64,000 nt of DNA from an uncultured Nitrososphaerota archaeon (GTDB lineage Archaea > Thermoproteota > Nitrososphaeria > Nitrososphaerales > Gagatemarchaeaceae). A model generated the notes under the pieces. The model saw only the letters and a list, made by a program, of their open reading frames with translations. It did not search any database and had not been told where the DNA came from. Position 1 is the stretch's first letter, and each line of letters begins with the position of its first letter. The stretch covers positions 480,001-544,000 of the forward strand of contig OY969807.1 in NCBI GenBank assembly GCA_963703285.1, given 5' to 3'. Shown here one piece after another: positions 19,412 to 30,494 of the stretch. A program made the position numbers and the translations under genes.

Positions 19412-20611
19412 CTAACTGCGGTCGTTTTCTGCGGTCAGGGGCGGTTGCTCGGGCTCGGCGTAGATGCGCTCGATCAGGGCCTCCCTTGCCGGGGTGAGAG
19501 CGAGGTTCCTCCTGGCCATCATCCTGCCGGCCGTCTGCACGACGGACGCGAGCGTGAGGTCGAACGACTCGCGCCTGTAGCCGTCGTAGCTCGTGAAGTC
19601 CGGCACATCGAGGTCGACGAGGCCTGAGGCGTGGGCGGAGACGCCGAGGACCTTTCCCCCGTACAACATCGTCCCCACGGAGACCTTCGCCATGTCCCCG
19701 ATGAGGGCACCCAGCTTGAGGAGGCCGGTGTCGACCCTCCCTGAAGGGGTCGCTACCCTCACCGTCCCGTATGTGCTCTTGAGGTCGCTCGTCTCGCTGC
19801 CCGCGCCGAGGTTCACCCATTCGCCGACTATCGAGTGGCCGAGATAGCCCGAGTGCGCCTTGTTGGAGTGTCCATAGACTATTGAATGGTCCACCTCGCC
19901 CCCTATCCGGCAGTCGGCGCCGATGCTCGTCCCCCCGCGAATGAGGGCGGAGTGCACGATGGTCTTCGGGCCGATGTAACAGGGCCCCGTGAGACGCGAG
20001 AACGACTCGATCCGGGCGCGCTCTTCGATTACGATCGGGCCCGTGGAAGGGTCGAACGAGACGAACTCCTCGACCTCGGCTCCTGGGCTTATGCTCAGCG
20101 CCGGTGTGCCCCGCTTCGGGGCCATCGCGCGCAGGGCTGCTTCGTTCGCCTCGAGCATCTCCCACGGATAGCTGAACATCGGTTGGTCGCTTTGTAACCG
20201 CTCCAGCCGCTTTGCGACCTGACGGAGCTTCCTCTGCGCAATCGTCGAGTCTGGTGCAAGGGTTCGCTCGAAATCGGCCCTAGAGAGGACCGCTGCCGCG
20301 ACATCGTCCCCATGCAGGATTGCGGCACCGGCCTTCTTCTTCGTCAGTTTGCCCAGGTCAGCGAGCGGGTTGACCCTGGCGTTAATCGCGAGGACCCTCC
20401 CGTCGGCGCCCTCGTTGTAGACCAGCCCCGTCTCCTCCCTGACGACCTGCGCGAGGTGAATCCTCCCTGCGAGGGACGGAGGCTCGTCCAGCCCCGCGGA
20501 GAGGTGCTCGATCGTGGAACGCGCCCCCAGGACCTGCTGGCCGACGTGCCTTGTGGATGTGAAGGGGCGAAAGTCCCCCCACCGGTCGTCCTCGAAGATG
20601 AGCACTTTCAC
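19412..20611 (-). CDS. GlmU-related putative sugar nucleotidyltransferase with left-handed beta-helix
   Basis: IFEDD..F.PFT, GGEV, SNKAHSGYLGHSIVGEWVNLGAG. Confidence 0.85.
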   Translation of the reverse strand: MKVLIFEDDRWGDFRPFTSTRHVGQQVLGARSTIEHLSAGLDEPPSLAGRIHLAQVVREETGLVYNEGADGRVLAINARVNPLADLGKLTKKKAGAAILHGDDVAAAVLSRADFERTLAPDSTIAQRKLRQVAKRLERLQSDQPMFSYPWEMLEANEAALRAMAPKRGTPALSISPGAEVEEFVSFDPSTGPIVIEERARIESFSRLTGPCYIGPKTIVHSALIRGGTSIGADCRIGGEVDHSIVYGHSNKAHSGYLGHSIVGEWVNLGAGSETSDLKSTYGTVRVATPSGRVDTGLLKLGALIGDMAKVSVGTMLYGGKVLGVSAHASGLVDLDVPDFTSYDGYRRESFDLTLASVVQTAGRMMARRNLALTPAREALIERIYAEPEQPPLTAENDRS

Positions 20612-20625
20612 GAGGATCGCCCTGA

Positions 20626-21348
20626 CTAGGGAACCGTCCCGTAGAGCTTGGAGTAGTATTCATCGGCCTCCTTGTAGGCGGCCTTGTCTCCGATGTCTCT
20701 GAACGTGCCCGTCATCTTGAGGGCGAAGATCCTCTCGTGGTGGCCCAGGGCGACCTCGAAGGCCTCCTTCATCCCGTAGGTCGACCCGCTCGGGATGTAC
20801 TTCAGGAAGGGCTTTTCCATGACGTAGCAGCCGACGTTGATCTCGCTCTCAACGACCGGCTTCTCCTTCCACGCAGTTATCGCGCCGTCCTGGCCGACCT
20901 CTATGACGCCATACTTGCCCTGTGTCCTGTGGGTCATGAGCGCCATGGTGAGCATCGCGCGCTTCTGTTCGTGGAACCTCACGAGCCTCTTTAGATCAAA
21001 ATCGAGGATCGCGTCCCCGTAGAGGCAGACGAACCGACTCGGGAGCAAAGGCTCAGCGTTGCGAAGCTGCCCAGCGATGCCCAGCGGCTTGCTCGAGGTG
21101 GCGTACTGGACCCTGACCCCGAACTGCGAGCCGTCCCTGAAGTGGTCCTCTATCATCCTTCCCAGGTAACCGGTCGAGATGACGATATCGCCGAAGCCGT
21201 TGTCCCTCAACCAGTCGACTATGTACTCGAGGATTGGCCTGTGGCCCACGGGGAGCATCGGCTTTGGCACGAATAGGGTGTAGGGTCTGAGGCGCGTCCC
21301 CAGGCCCCCCGCGAGGATTACCGCCTTGGTTCTATCTGTTCGCTTCAA
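20626..21348 (-). CDS. NDP-sugar synthase/nucleotidyltransferase
   Basis: ILAGGLGTRLRPYT..PKPMLP and YGD. Confidence 0.92.
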   Translation of the reverse strand: MKRTDRTKAVILAGGLGTRLRPYTLFVPKPMLPVGHRPILEYIVDWLRDNGFGDIVISTGYLGRMIEDHFRDGSQFGVRVQYATSSKPLGIAGQLRNAEPLLPSRFVCLYGDAILDFDLKRLVRFHEQKRAMLTMALMTHRTQGKYGVIEVGQDGAITAWKEKPVVESEINVGCYVMEKPFLKYIPSGSTYGMKEAFEVALGHHERIFALKMTGTFRDIGDKAAYKEADEYYSKLYGTVP

Positions 21349-22057
21349 GCGACCCTGACACTCTAGACCTGAAGGTCGTTATCGCATCCCTATATGCTTC
21401 AACGCCGGGTTCCAGAGAGGAAGGGTCGACGCTGACTCCCCTGAGGCCTGCATCTGCGATGCTCTTGTAGTCCGCCGCCTCTATCCTCTTCTGGGCACGG
21501 AGGATCACGGGCTTCGACGAGAGCCTCGTTATCATGCGGAGCGTCGAGAGGTCGAGCACGCTGAAGACGTGGGCCAGCCCCTGGGGGGAGACTATCGCGG
21601 CTTCCAGGGCTCCCACCTGGTCCATCTCCGAGAGGCTCTTTATCTGTTCGACCATGTAGCCCGCGCCTATCGAGACGAGCTTCTCGATCCTGGTGTCCGA
21701 GAGGACGAAGGGCGGCATGTGGTGGGCGTACATGTTCACGAAGCTGAAGGGCTTGCTGACTATGCGCTCCCATCCGTCCGGGGTGAGGGGCCTCGAGTCC
21801 CCGATCGAGATGCCGACCGGGATGGTGGAGGTCGATACTATGCCGAGGATGGAGTCTTCCTGGAGGTCGAAGCTGCCGAAAAGCCCTGGGAACATGGACT
21901 CGCTCTTGTCGATGCCCAGAATCATCGCGTCCGCCCCGCCGCTTTGAGCCGCCTCCGCGTACTCGGACGTGTTGTGAGGGAGTATCGCCATCAGCGGAGC
22001 TTCCGCTAGGGTCAGCAGTCTAGAAAGTCCCCTGACGTCCGTCTCCAGGCTCTCCAT
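21332..22057 (-). CDS. Hypothetical protein (possibly TIM-barrel)
   Basis: 241-aa ORF overlapping the next gene; alternating alpha/beta pattern. Confidence 0.65.
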   Translation of the reverse strand: MESLETDVRGLSRLLTLAEAPLMAILPHNTSEYAEAAQSGGADAMILGIDKSESMFPGLFGSFDLQEDSILGIVSTSTIPVGISIGDSRPLTPDGWERIVSKPFSFVNMYAHHMPPFVLSDTRIEKLVSIGAGYMVEQIKSLSEMDQVGALEAAIVSPQGLAHVFSVLDLSTLRMITRLSSKPVILRAQKRIEAADYKSIADAGLRGVSVDPSSLEPGVEAYRDAITTFRSRVSGSLEANR

Positions 22058-22314
22058 CTCTTATTGGGGCCGAGTTCGCTCCGCTCCCTTAGAAGCAGGC
22101 TGCTCAATTACGCTTCTTGGCTCTGTGAATTCGATTTGACTACCGTGCGTGGACGCTCGTGGTAAGCGAGGTCGGCACCCGGAACTGTAGGATGGACTAC
22201 CCGATGTCGAACTAGTCAATCGGTGAGACCTCGGGTGAGTCCCGGGGTCGTTCCCGGCCGGCTCCGAGAAGAAGAGGGAGTGCCTGTAAGGGCTCGATCC
22301 TCGCGTCCTGCCTC

Positions 22315-23406
22315 TCAGGCCACCGTGATCGATGTTATCTGGGATGTGATGGTGAAGGTCGTCGTGCCTGCTCCGTATGGGCCTCCGGTGGCCGAGCCCA
22401 CAACGTCCACTTCGAATGGGAACGGATAGTTCGCCCCGTTCGGCGACCCTATGGACATACTGGCGGTACTCAGGGTGATGCTCGCACCGCCGCAGGCCGG
22501 AACGGTCTCCGGAAGCGAGTTTGCGGCGTAGTTGGTCAGGGTGAACGTGTTCGTCCCGATCGTCACAGGCGACGTCCCGGTAGAGCGGAAGTACGCGGTG
22601 TCAGAAACGTAGTCGGTCGTCAGCTGCTGGCCGAACACAGTCTCCGTCCCCCACGCGGTGAAGAGACGCGACGACTGGTAGTACTGGATGGCTGCAGCGC
22701 CTGTGTAGTTGGACCCGGCGTAGTTAATCGCCACGATGGTCCCGTTCCTGAGAAGCCACATCGTAAACGCACTCGGATAGTCCGAGGATACGATGCTGAC
22801 CTTGAAGGTCGTCGCGCTCGCATAGACCGTGGAATAGCTCGAGGTGAAGGTGTAGGATGCCGAATTCTCCGAGATCTGGAAGTTCCCGCCTATGGATGAG
22901 TAGGCACTGAGCAGTGGTACGAAGACGCTCGCAGGCTGAGACGTGAAGCTGAGAGTCGGCAGGCAAGACGCCGACGCGGTGCTGGTCGACGCGCTCGACT
23001 GTGATGAAGTTGTCGATGTCGTGGTCGTGCTTGTCGTGCTGCTGGTCGTGGTCTTGGTGGTACTGGTCGTGGTGCTTGAAGTGGTGCTGGTGGTCGTGCT
23101 CGTGCTAGAGGTGGTGCTCGTAGATGCGCTCGTGGGCGTGGAACTACTGGTTGTCGACGGTGTCGAGCTTGTGAGCAGTGTGGAGCTTGTGGTCGGAGCT
23201 GAGCTGGTGCTGGTGGTCGTGGCCGAGGAGGTGGTCGCGATTGGAGACGAGGAGGTGAAGGACGTCGTGGTCGAAGGCGGACTCGAGCTCGAAGGACCAG
23301 AACCTGGCGCGGCAAGAAAGACATACGCAGCGACGCCAGCGATCGCGACGATGACCACAACGACGCCAACGGTTACAATGGTTGAGAGACCTCGCTCTGC
23401 TTGCAA
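22315..23406 (-). CDS. Membrane-anchored Ser/Thr-rich surface protein
   Basis: RG/L-type N-terminal hydrophobic anchor, long S/T linker, beta-rich C-domain. Confidence 0.8.
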   Translation of the reverse strand: MQAERGLSTIVTVGVVVVIVAIAGVAAYVFLAAPGSGPSSSSPPSTTTSFTSSSPIATTSSATTTSTSSAPTTSSTLLTSSTPSTTSSSTPTSASTSTTSSTSTTTSTTSSTTTSTTKTTTSSTTSTTTTSTTSSQSSASTSTASASCLPTLSFTSQPASVFVPLLSAYSSIGGNFQISENSASYTFTSSYSTVYASATTFKVSIVSSDYPSAFTMWLLRNGTIVAINYAGSNYTGAAAIQYYQSSRLFTAWGTETVFGQQLTTDYVSDTAYFRSTGTSPVTIGTNTFTLTNYAANSLPETVPACGGASITLSTASMSIGSPNGANYPFPFEVDVVGSATGGPYGAGTTTFTITSQITSITVA

Positions 23407-23631
23407 CTCGGCGGCATATTCTGAATGGCGTATTTAAGTAGGATAGGAATAACATATGTGTTAAGCCGGCTGGAGACGTCGCTCGCCGCGACCGAGAATG
23501 GCCCCTAACGCAGACCTTCCGAATCGCAGTAGCGCTCCGGATGCGGGGTTTCAGCGCTGGATTTCGATTCGAAGGTCGCGAACATTAGGGAAAGCCTTGA
23601 TAAGCCCTCGAGAGCCAGAAGACTGGGTGCG

Positions 23632-23835
23632 TTGCCCACCATCAAAGTTCCAGACCTGGGTAAGGCGTCTGTCATAGACGACGAGTTCGCGGGTTCCTTG
23701 GGGAGGTTTCCCCTTCTGGAATACGAGGTGACGAGCAAGCAGGCAGCAAACTGGAACAAGCTCAACGAGAAGGAGCAGCTCACCCTGGTCCTCAAGGCGG
23801 ACAGGGAGCGCAAGGACATCCGCGACTATCTTTAG
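23632..23835 (+). CDS. Small hypothetical protein
   Basis: 67-aa ORF with protein-like composition and AT-rich box upstream. Confidence 0.45.
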   Translation: MPTIKVPDLGKASVIDDEFAGSLGRFPLLEYEVTSKQAANWNKLNEKEQLTLVLKADRERKDIRDYL

Positions 23836-24068
23836 ACTCGTCGTCCGTTCTGTAGAAGTTCACCCTTCCGGCTCTATGCCACAGCTGTCGTGAGCTTCCG
23901 GCGTGACCTTGAGGCACTGGCCGGGTCGGAAGATTGCGTCGTGCGTGACCTTCGGGCTGCCTGGCCACAGGTAATGCAAAACATTCTCGCGTGCAGCGTC
24001 GCAGGCCAAAAAGGGGGAGCAGGAGCGAGGGCGTCCAGCCTCTCGCCCGCGCGTTTCAGGTGGGACTC

Positions 24069-24662
24069 TTATGGAGCTGCCTTGACGATGATGGTGCCCC
24101 TCATCCAGGCGTGGTAATCGCATGCGTAGGTGTACGTGCCTGGCGTGACGAGGGTTATCGTGTAGGTCGCCCCGCCCTTCATGTTGGGAGATGTCGTCCC
24201 TGCGGGAACGGTAGACCCGGCGGGCACGGTCCCGAAGTCGACGTTGTGAGTGACTCCTGTGTCGTCGTTGGTCCACGTGATCGTGTTGTTGACTCCGACG
24301 ACGACGGTTACCGTCGCCGGCGAGAAGTTGAGGTTGAGGGCTTGGTTTCCAACCCCGCTGGGCATTATGATGTTCGTGACCTCAGCGGAGGCGGTCGTCG
24401 ATGTGGTTGAGGTGGTCGATGTCGTGCTCGTCGTCGTAGTTGTGGACGACGAAGAAGTGGTCGTTGTGGTTGTCGTGGTGGTCGTAGTTGTGGGGGATGA
24501 GGACGTCGTTGTCGTCGTTGTGCTCGTGGTCGTGCTCGTGGGGGACGTTGTGGAGCTGCTGGGCACAAAGATGACGTAGCCGGCTATGGCGATCAGTACC
24601 ACCACAACTACTACAGCAACGATTGCCCCAGTGCCTATTCCCTTTCTTTGTTCAAATTGCAT
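24069..24662 (-). CDS. Membrane-anchored cupredoxin (plastocyanin-like blue copper protein)
   Basis: WTNDD...HNV and CDYHAWM type-1 Cu ligands (H, C, H, M); N-terminal TM and Thr linker. Confidence 0.92.
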   Translation of the reverse strand: MQFEQRKGIGTGAIVAVVVVVVLIAIAGYVIFVPSSSTTSPTSTTTSTTTTTTSSSPTTTTTTTTTTTTSSSSTTTTTSTTSTTSTTSTTASAEVTNIIMPSGVGNQALNLNFSPATVTVVVGVNNTITWTNDDTGVTHNVDFGTVPAGSTVPAGTTSPNMKGGATYTITLVTPGTYTYACDYHAWMRGTIIVKAAP

Positions 24663-24947
24663 TCCTTCAGATCCTCAAATCGGCCCAAACTCTTTCTTCT
24701 TTTAAAAGTTTCTCACTTCGGGTTCAGTAGATACCTCTTCCTGAGCTACTTGCTGATGTTTTTCGCCAAGAAAAGGGAGGCAGGTTGGCCTTTTAGTCCA
24801 GCTCGGGACGGCCAATCTCGTATGGCCGAGGGCGGTGAACCGCGATCGTGACAGAAGAGGTAATATCACCCCCCGCCGAGGGGCGGCAACGGTGATGTGT
24901 GGCTGATTAACATCCCGGGCGGCAGACCGCGTCCCGACATCCCGATC

Positions 24948-25502
24948 ATGGGGAGCCGGGTCCCGAAGCCGGAAGAGATAGTCATGCTTTCCCAGCCCGT
25001 CCTCAAGGCGGTGATCGCGCTGGGGAGCGCGCTCAAGGACGTCCGAGCAAAGTGGGCGATATCGGGCGACGCGAGCGAGATAATGAAGGGCGTGAACGTC
25101 CATACGGACCACGTCGAGATCCTCACCACCAAGGAGGGGACCGAGGAGATATGCAAGGTGATGTCCGAGAGCAAGACCCTGGCCCCGGCGGACAAGGAGG
25201 AGAGGCTGGGCCGCGACGCCGACGTCGACGGCAAGATGCTCCCGGTCTACATCAAGAGCCACTATGCGGAGCTGACGGTGGGTGGCGTGAAGGTCAGGGT
25301 GTTCGGCGACGAGCAGTTCAAGGTTGCAGAGTGGGAGTGGGGCGACCCCCTGGACTTTGAGCCCGACTACGTCTTCGTGGTCGGGACGAAGGTCCCCGTG
25401 GTCCCTCTCAGGCTCGACAGCGAACTTGACCTGGGGCTGGGCTGGCTCGACCGCGTCGAGCTCATCTCCGACGCCATCATGCGCAGCCAGCACAGGCACT
25501 AG
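24948..25502 (+). CDS. Nucleotidyltransferase-fold hypothetical protein
   Basis: WAISGDAS..MKGV...DHVEILT resembles a degenerate NTase motif. Confidence 0.6.
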   Translation: MGSRVPKPEEIVMLSQPVLKAVIALGSALKDVRAKWAISGDASEIMKGVNVHTDHVEILTTKEGTEEICKVMSESKTLAPADKEERLGRDADVDGKMLPVYIKSHYAELTVGGVKVRVFGDEQFKVAEWEWGDPLDFEPDYVFVVGTKVPVVPLRLDSELDLGLGWLDRVELISDAIMRSQHRH

Positions 25503-25524
25503 CCACATCGAGTGGGCTTAACAA

Positions 25525-27102
25525 ATGTCAACCAAGGAAGTAATCGGTCCCAGCTTCGGAAGGCTCCGTGGGAAGCGCGCGTGGCGCCAGAACCTGCACC
25601 TCGCGGCGCTCTCCGCGGCGAAGGTGGAGAGCGCGCTGGGGCCGCGCGGTTCCTACAAGATGGTCACCTTCAACAGGGGTCCCGAACGGATCATCAAGGT
25701 GACGAAGGACTCCGTGGAGATGCTGAAGGAGCTGGAGGTCCAGTACCCCGCCGTCAAGACGCTCTCGGAAGCGGCCAAGCTCCACAGGGAGGAGGTCGGC
25801 GACGGGGTGGCCACCATGGTGATACTGATCGCCGGCCTGCTTAACGGTTCGGAGAAGCTCCTAGAGAAGAAGATTCACGCCAACGTGATACTCAGAGGCT
25901 ACCTCGCGGCGGGGAAAGAGGCTCTAGCAGTGATCGACAAGGCGTCCGTCGTCAAGGGCGACTCCAGGCAGCAAATCCTCGACACCGCGGACTGCGGAAG
26001 GGACATACTGACGCCGGGCCTCCGGGCGGCGCTCCTCGAGGCCGGAAAGAGGGCCGATTCCCAGGGGGAGATCGACCTCAAGCGCATTCGCGTGATCTCC
26101 AAGAGCGGTGCTTCGGTGGAAGATAGCCGCCTTGTCAGGGGCGTGATCATCAAGAAGGAGAGGGTGCACCCCAGCATGCCGGAGAAGCTTCAGAACGTCA
26201 AGGTCGCCGTAGTGAACAAGACGTTCGACAACAAGCCGCTCGAGATACTGAAGAAGGGGACGGGCCCCTTCCACATCAAGCTCGACATAAGCGAGGCCGA
26301 CCAGGTCGGGAAGTTCAAGGGCGAGGAGAGACGCATGAACGACAGCCTCGTCGACGCCGTCGAGGACGCCGGCGCGAAGGTCGTCTTCTGCAGGGCCAAG
26401 ATCGTCGAGCCGGTCGCGGACGAGATGTCGAGGCGCGGGATCGTCGCCTTCGAGCTGCTGGACCAGCAAGACATGGACGCCGTCGCAGAGGCGACGGGGG
26501 CGACCGCCGTCGGGGACGTGAGGAACCTCGAAGCGAAGGACCTCGGCACGATAGATGCGCTCACGGTGGAGAAGATCGACGGCCTCTACTACGTGACGGT
26601 CGAGGCCGCGAAGGGGTCAACCATCCTCATCAGGGGCAGCCAGATCGAGCGCATAGACGAGACCGAGCGGGTCGTCAAGAACGTCGTGAGGCTCTTCCGG
26701 AACGCGAAGAAGGACCCCAAGACGGTCCCCGGCGGCGCCGCCATATTCATGCAGATAGCCGCCGACCTCAGGGAGCACGCCCTGAAGTTCCCCGGGAAGG
26801 AGCAGGTCGCGATCGAGACCTTCGCGGACGTGATGGAGCAGGTCCCCGGGGCGCTGATACGGAACTACGGCCTCAGCTGGTCGAAGACCCTCCCCGAACT
26901 CCGAAGCTACCACGCCAGGGGGCAGCACAACATGGGGATAGCCCAGGCGGGGTGCGTCGACATGGACAAGGCGGGCATCAGGGAGCTGGCCTCGACTCCC
27001 AGGGCGGCGATAAGGCGGGCATACGACGTCACTTCGCTGCTGCTGCGGGTCGACGAGTACTTCTACGTGAGGGAGATCGCAATGGTCCACAAGCAGATCT
27101 AG
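25525..27102 (+). CDS. Divergent group II chaperonin (thermosome-like)
   Basis: LGPRG, EVGDGVAT, IHANVILRGY, HPSMP, VPGGA and LLRVDE. Confidence 0.88.
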   Translation: MSTKEVIGPSFGRLRGKRAWRQNLHLAALSAAKVESALGPRGSYKMVTFNRGPERIIKVTKDSVEMLKELEVQYPAVKTLSEAAKLHREEVGDGVATMVILIAGLLNGSEKLLEKKIHANVILRGYLAAGKEALAVIDKASVVKGDSRQQILDTADCGRDILTPGLRAALLEAGKRADSQGEIDLKRIRVISKSGASVEDSRLVRGVIIKKERVHPSMPEKLQNVKVAVVNKTFDNKPLEILKKGTGPFHIKLDISEADQVGKFKGEERRMNDSLVDAVEDAGAKVVFCRAKIVEPVADEMSRRGIVAFELLDQQDMDAVAEATGATAVGDVRNLEAKDLGTIDALTVEKIDGLYYVTVEAAKGSTILIRGSQIERIDETERVVKNVVRLFRNAKKDPKTVPGGAAIFMQIAADLREHALKFPGKEQVAIETFADVMEQVPGALIRNYGLSWSKTLPELRSYHARGQHNMGIAQAGCVDMDKAGIRELASTPRAAIRRAYDVTSLLLRVDEYFYVREIAMVHKQI

Positions 27103-27112
27103 GGCCGGGAAG

Positions 27113-28003
27113 TCAGAACGCCCAGAAGTTCAGGATCAGGACCGTGAAGATGATGGCGAGGTAGGGGCTCGAGATCTTGAACAGCGTCCAGGCCGTCTTC
27201 TCCGTCCTGTCTATCGCGAGCTTTATGCTGTAGGCGAGGATGAAGGCCCCGCACGCCGTCGCCGAGACGACGTAGAAGAGGCTGACCGTCGCGACGAAGA
27301 AGATAGAGAGCGAGAAGACCGCGAGCAGGGCGCTCGTTATCGCGATGCAGACCGTCGCGATCCTCGTGCTGACCACCACGGGGAGCATGGGGATCTTGGC
27401 ATCGAGGTAGTCCTGCCTCTGCCTGATCGCCAGGCTCCAGATGTGCGTCGGGATCCAGACGATCACGAGCGCGCTCATGAATATGGCGAGGGGTGACACC
27501 GCGTCGGCGATGGCCGCGTATCCGACGAGCACCGGCATCCCTCCCGAGATGCCCCCCAGTATGATGTTCAGCCAGCTGCGCCGCTTGAGCCAGAGAGAGT
27601 AGACCACGACGTTGTCGACGAGGCCGATTACCATGAAGATCGCCGCCAGCGCGTTGAACCAGTAGGCAAGCGCCACCGAGAGGATCGACATCGCGAAGCC
27701 GTAGGCGAGGGCGCGCCGCCCGCTGATCCTCCCCGTGGGGAGCGGTCGGTGGTTCGTCCTCTTCATTATGGTGTCGATGTCCCTGTCGCGGTAGTTGGTC
27801 AGCACCTCCGCCCCGGCGGAGCCCAGGAAGACGGCCGCGATCCCCACCGCGAGGTCGAGGATCGTCGGCGTCCTGCCCACCTCCTTGTAGGCCACCAGCA
27901 TCCCGGCGAGACCCGTGAAGACGAGCAGCAGGACTATCCTGGGCTTTATCAGCTCCCAGTAGTTCTTGATGCTGCTCGACAAGCCCATGATTTTTTCGCC
28001 CAC
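27113..28003 (-). CDS. ctaB: Protoheme IX farnesyltransferase (heme o synthase)
   Basis: LIKPRI, DRDIDTIMKRT..RPLP, WIPTHIWSLA and PMLPVV. Confidence 0.95.
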   Translation of the reverse strand: MGEKIMGLSSSIKNYWELIKPRIVLLLVFTGLAGMLVAYKEVGRTPTILDLAVGIAAVFLGSAGAEVLTNYRDRDIDTIMKRTNHRPLPTGRISGRRALAYGFAMSILSVALAYWFNALAAIFMVIGLVDNVVVYSLWLKRRSWLNIILGGISGGMPVLVGYAAIADAVSPLAIFMSALVIVWIPTHIWSLAIRQRQDYLDAKIPMLPVVVSTRIATVCIAITSALLAVFSLSIFFVATVSLFYVVSATACGAFILAYSIKLAIDRTEKTAWTLFKISSPYLAIIFTVLILNFWAF

Positions 28004-28120
28004 GCGTTCGGTGATAAACGTTCCGTATCGGGCTTTTTGAGTCGTGTTACGCTGGGAGTTTGAGCGGTCTCGCTCGAGCTTGCGCTGCGGGTTGGAGGGC
28101 GGTCCTCTTCTGTGTCCCGT

Positions 28121-28448
28121 CTAGGCCATCGACTTGCCACAGGACGGGCACCACAGGGTCCCGATCGGAGATTCGTGCCCGCACGACTTGCACGCTATCA
28201 TCCCGGGCGAAGGCGCGCTCGCTCTGAGGGCGACGGACTCGTCCCTCACCACTACGTTGTCAGAGACGCCCATCACCTTGCTGAGCGGGATCTCGGATCT
28301 CTCCCCCGTCGCTTCTCTCGACGATTAGCGTTATCGAGCCGTCGAGCGTGAAAGTAAGGTCCTTCACCTGACCGGTGTTCCTCCCTGACGAGTATATCAC
28401 TGACTTGCCCGTGATTTCTTCCTTGCGAAAGGCCTTGGACGAAGACAT
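28121..28448 (-). CDS. PRC-barrel plus zinc-ribbon protein (one-base frameshift near 28295)
   Basis: GKSV...GQVKD; after frame correction IPLSKV..VSDNVVV and CKSC...CPSCG. Confidence 0.75.
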
Positions 28449-28645
28449 ACTGATCGGCCGCCTTTCTGCTAATTAATAACCTTCTCCCCGACGTTACGCG
28501 GCCCCCTCACACCGCGTCCACTTCATATCTTCATGAAGAAGTTCTTGGGGGTGGTCCAACTCGGCGGCCCCCCGCTTGTGGTGCGCGTCGCAGCGGCGGA
28601 TGTGTCTCGAATAGTTCTTCTCGCCGATGGGCCTCTTGCACGGGT

Positions 28646-29179
28646 CTAGGCCCGGACGACCACGTAGGGGGAGGTCTCGAGGAGCGCGCCCATCTTCCGC
28701 GGGATGAGGATGAAGCCAGGGATCGCCGCCACGAGCACCAGACCCGCGATGATGTCCGCCAGGACGGCCTGGAGCTGGCTGAACGCGCCGGGGTTCACCA
28801 CGAAGAAGGCCGTGAGCCCGCCGCCGTAGGCGAGCATCGGGATCCACCCGTAGAGCGACGACCAGGTGTCGACGATCGTGTACCCCTCGATGCCCTGGCT
28901 CGCGAAGACGCCTATCTCGTACCTGAAGACCTCCTCGCTCGCGTCTACCAGCGCGTACATCCCCAGGGTCACGAAGACGGCAGGGAGGAGCGCGATCGAG
29001 GCGAGATAGATGGACGGGACGAGCCCCGGGAGTGCCCCCGAGGAGACGTTCGCCGCAGTGTAGGACGCGGACTCGAAGTAGCTCGAGACGTACCCTGCGA
29101 AAGCCATCGCCGCGGCACAGACCGCGACCGAATCGGCGTGGCCCCGTAGCTCCTGCAGGAAGAAGTTCTCAATCTCCAT
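28646..29179 (-). CDS. Small membrane protein, FtsX-like permease C-domain
   Basis: EIGVFASQG resembles the FtsX/MacB EIG.L.A.G motif; operonic with ABC ATPase. Confidence 0.55.
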   Translation of the reverse strand: MEIENFFLQELRGHADSVAVCAAAMAFAGYVSSYFESASYTAANVSSGALPGLVPSIYLASIALLPAVFVTLGMYALVDASEEVFRYEIGVFASQGIEGYTIVDTWSSLYGWIPMLAYGGGLTAFFVVNPGAFSQLQAVLADIIAGLVLVAAIPGFILIPRKMGALLETSPYVVVRA

Positions 29180-29180
29180 C

Positions 29181-29682
29181 TCAGGCCGACCTCCCCCGCC
29201 TAGTCTCGCCGGGGCCCGACTTCGAGAAGCTCGCGAGGGTCTGGCCGGTCAGCCAGAGGACCAGCGTCGAGGCGAAGACGAGGGCGAGCAGCGCCGGGAT
29301 GGCTCCATCCAGGCCTAGCGACAGGTCGACCGCCCAGGCGACCGCGCCGGTCGCGAGGGCCGAGGCTACGGGGATCACAGGATGAGACGTGAGGACCAGT
29401 CTTAGGGCGGACCTCGCGGGCAGACCGGAGGCCCTGTAGACTCCCAATTCGGGGTCGAGTCTCTTCCTGACGGTAAGGATCACCGCGACGCTGAAGGCCA
29501 GGCCGAGCGCGGACGCCGCGTAGGCAAGATCGGTGGATTGCAGTCCGATGGAATGCAGCTGGGCTCCCGTGGCGCCGTAGGCCGTGACGGCGTTCGCGAG
29601 AAGGTGGCCGGAGAGCTGTGAGACCAGCACCAAGAGGACGAACCCCGAATAGAGGAGGGAGAGCGACCCCAGCGGGCTGCGC

Positions 29683-29693
<11 letters not shown>
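29181..29693 (-). CDS. Small membrane protein, FtsX-like permease C-domain
   Basis: ELGVYRASG motif; ~4 TM segments. Confidence 0.55.
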
Positions 29694-30411
<718 letters not shown>

Positions 30412-30494
30412 GGAGCTTCAGTGCCTCGCGGCGATGCGGGCTCGGCCGACGGGCGATATTAAGGGATGCGCCGTTCGGGTCGGAGACTCCAATC

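Noticed and set aside
22943-24579. Val-rich ORFs and repetitive GTC/GTG tracts (also 47294-47653)
   Set aside because: They are antisense shadows of Ser/Thr linkers, not genes or CRISPR arrays.
24708-24720. TTCTCA half-site upstream of the cupredoxin gene (also TGAGAA near 60325)
   Set aside because: Only half of the palindrome is present; the first directly abuts the TATA box and is more likely a BRE.
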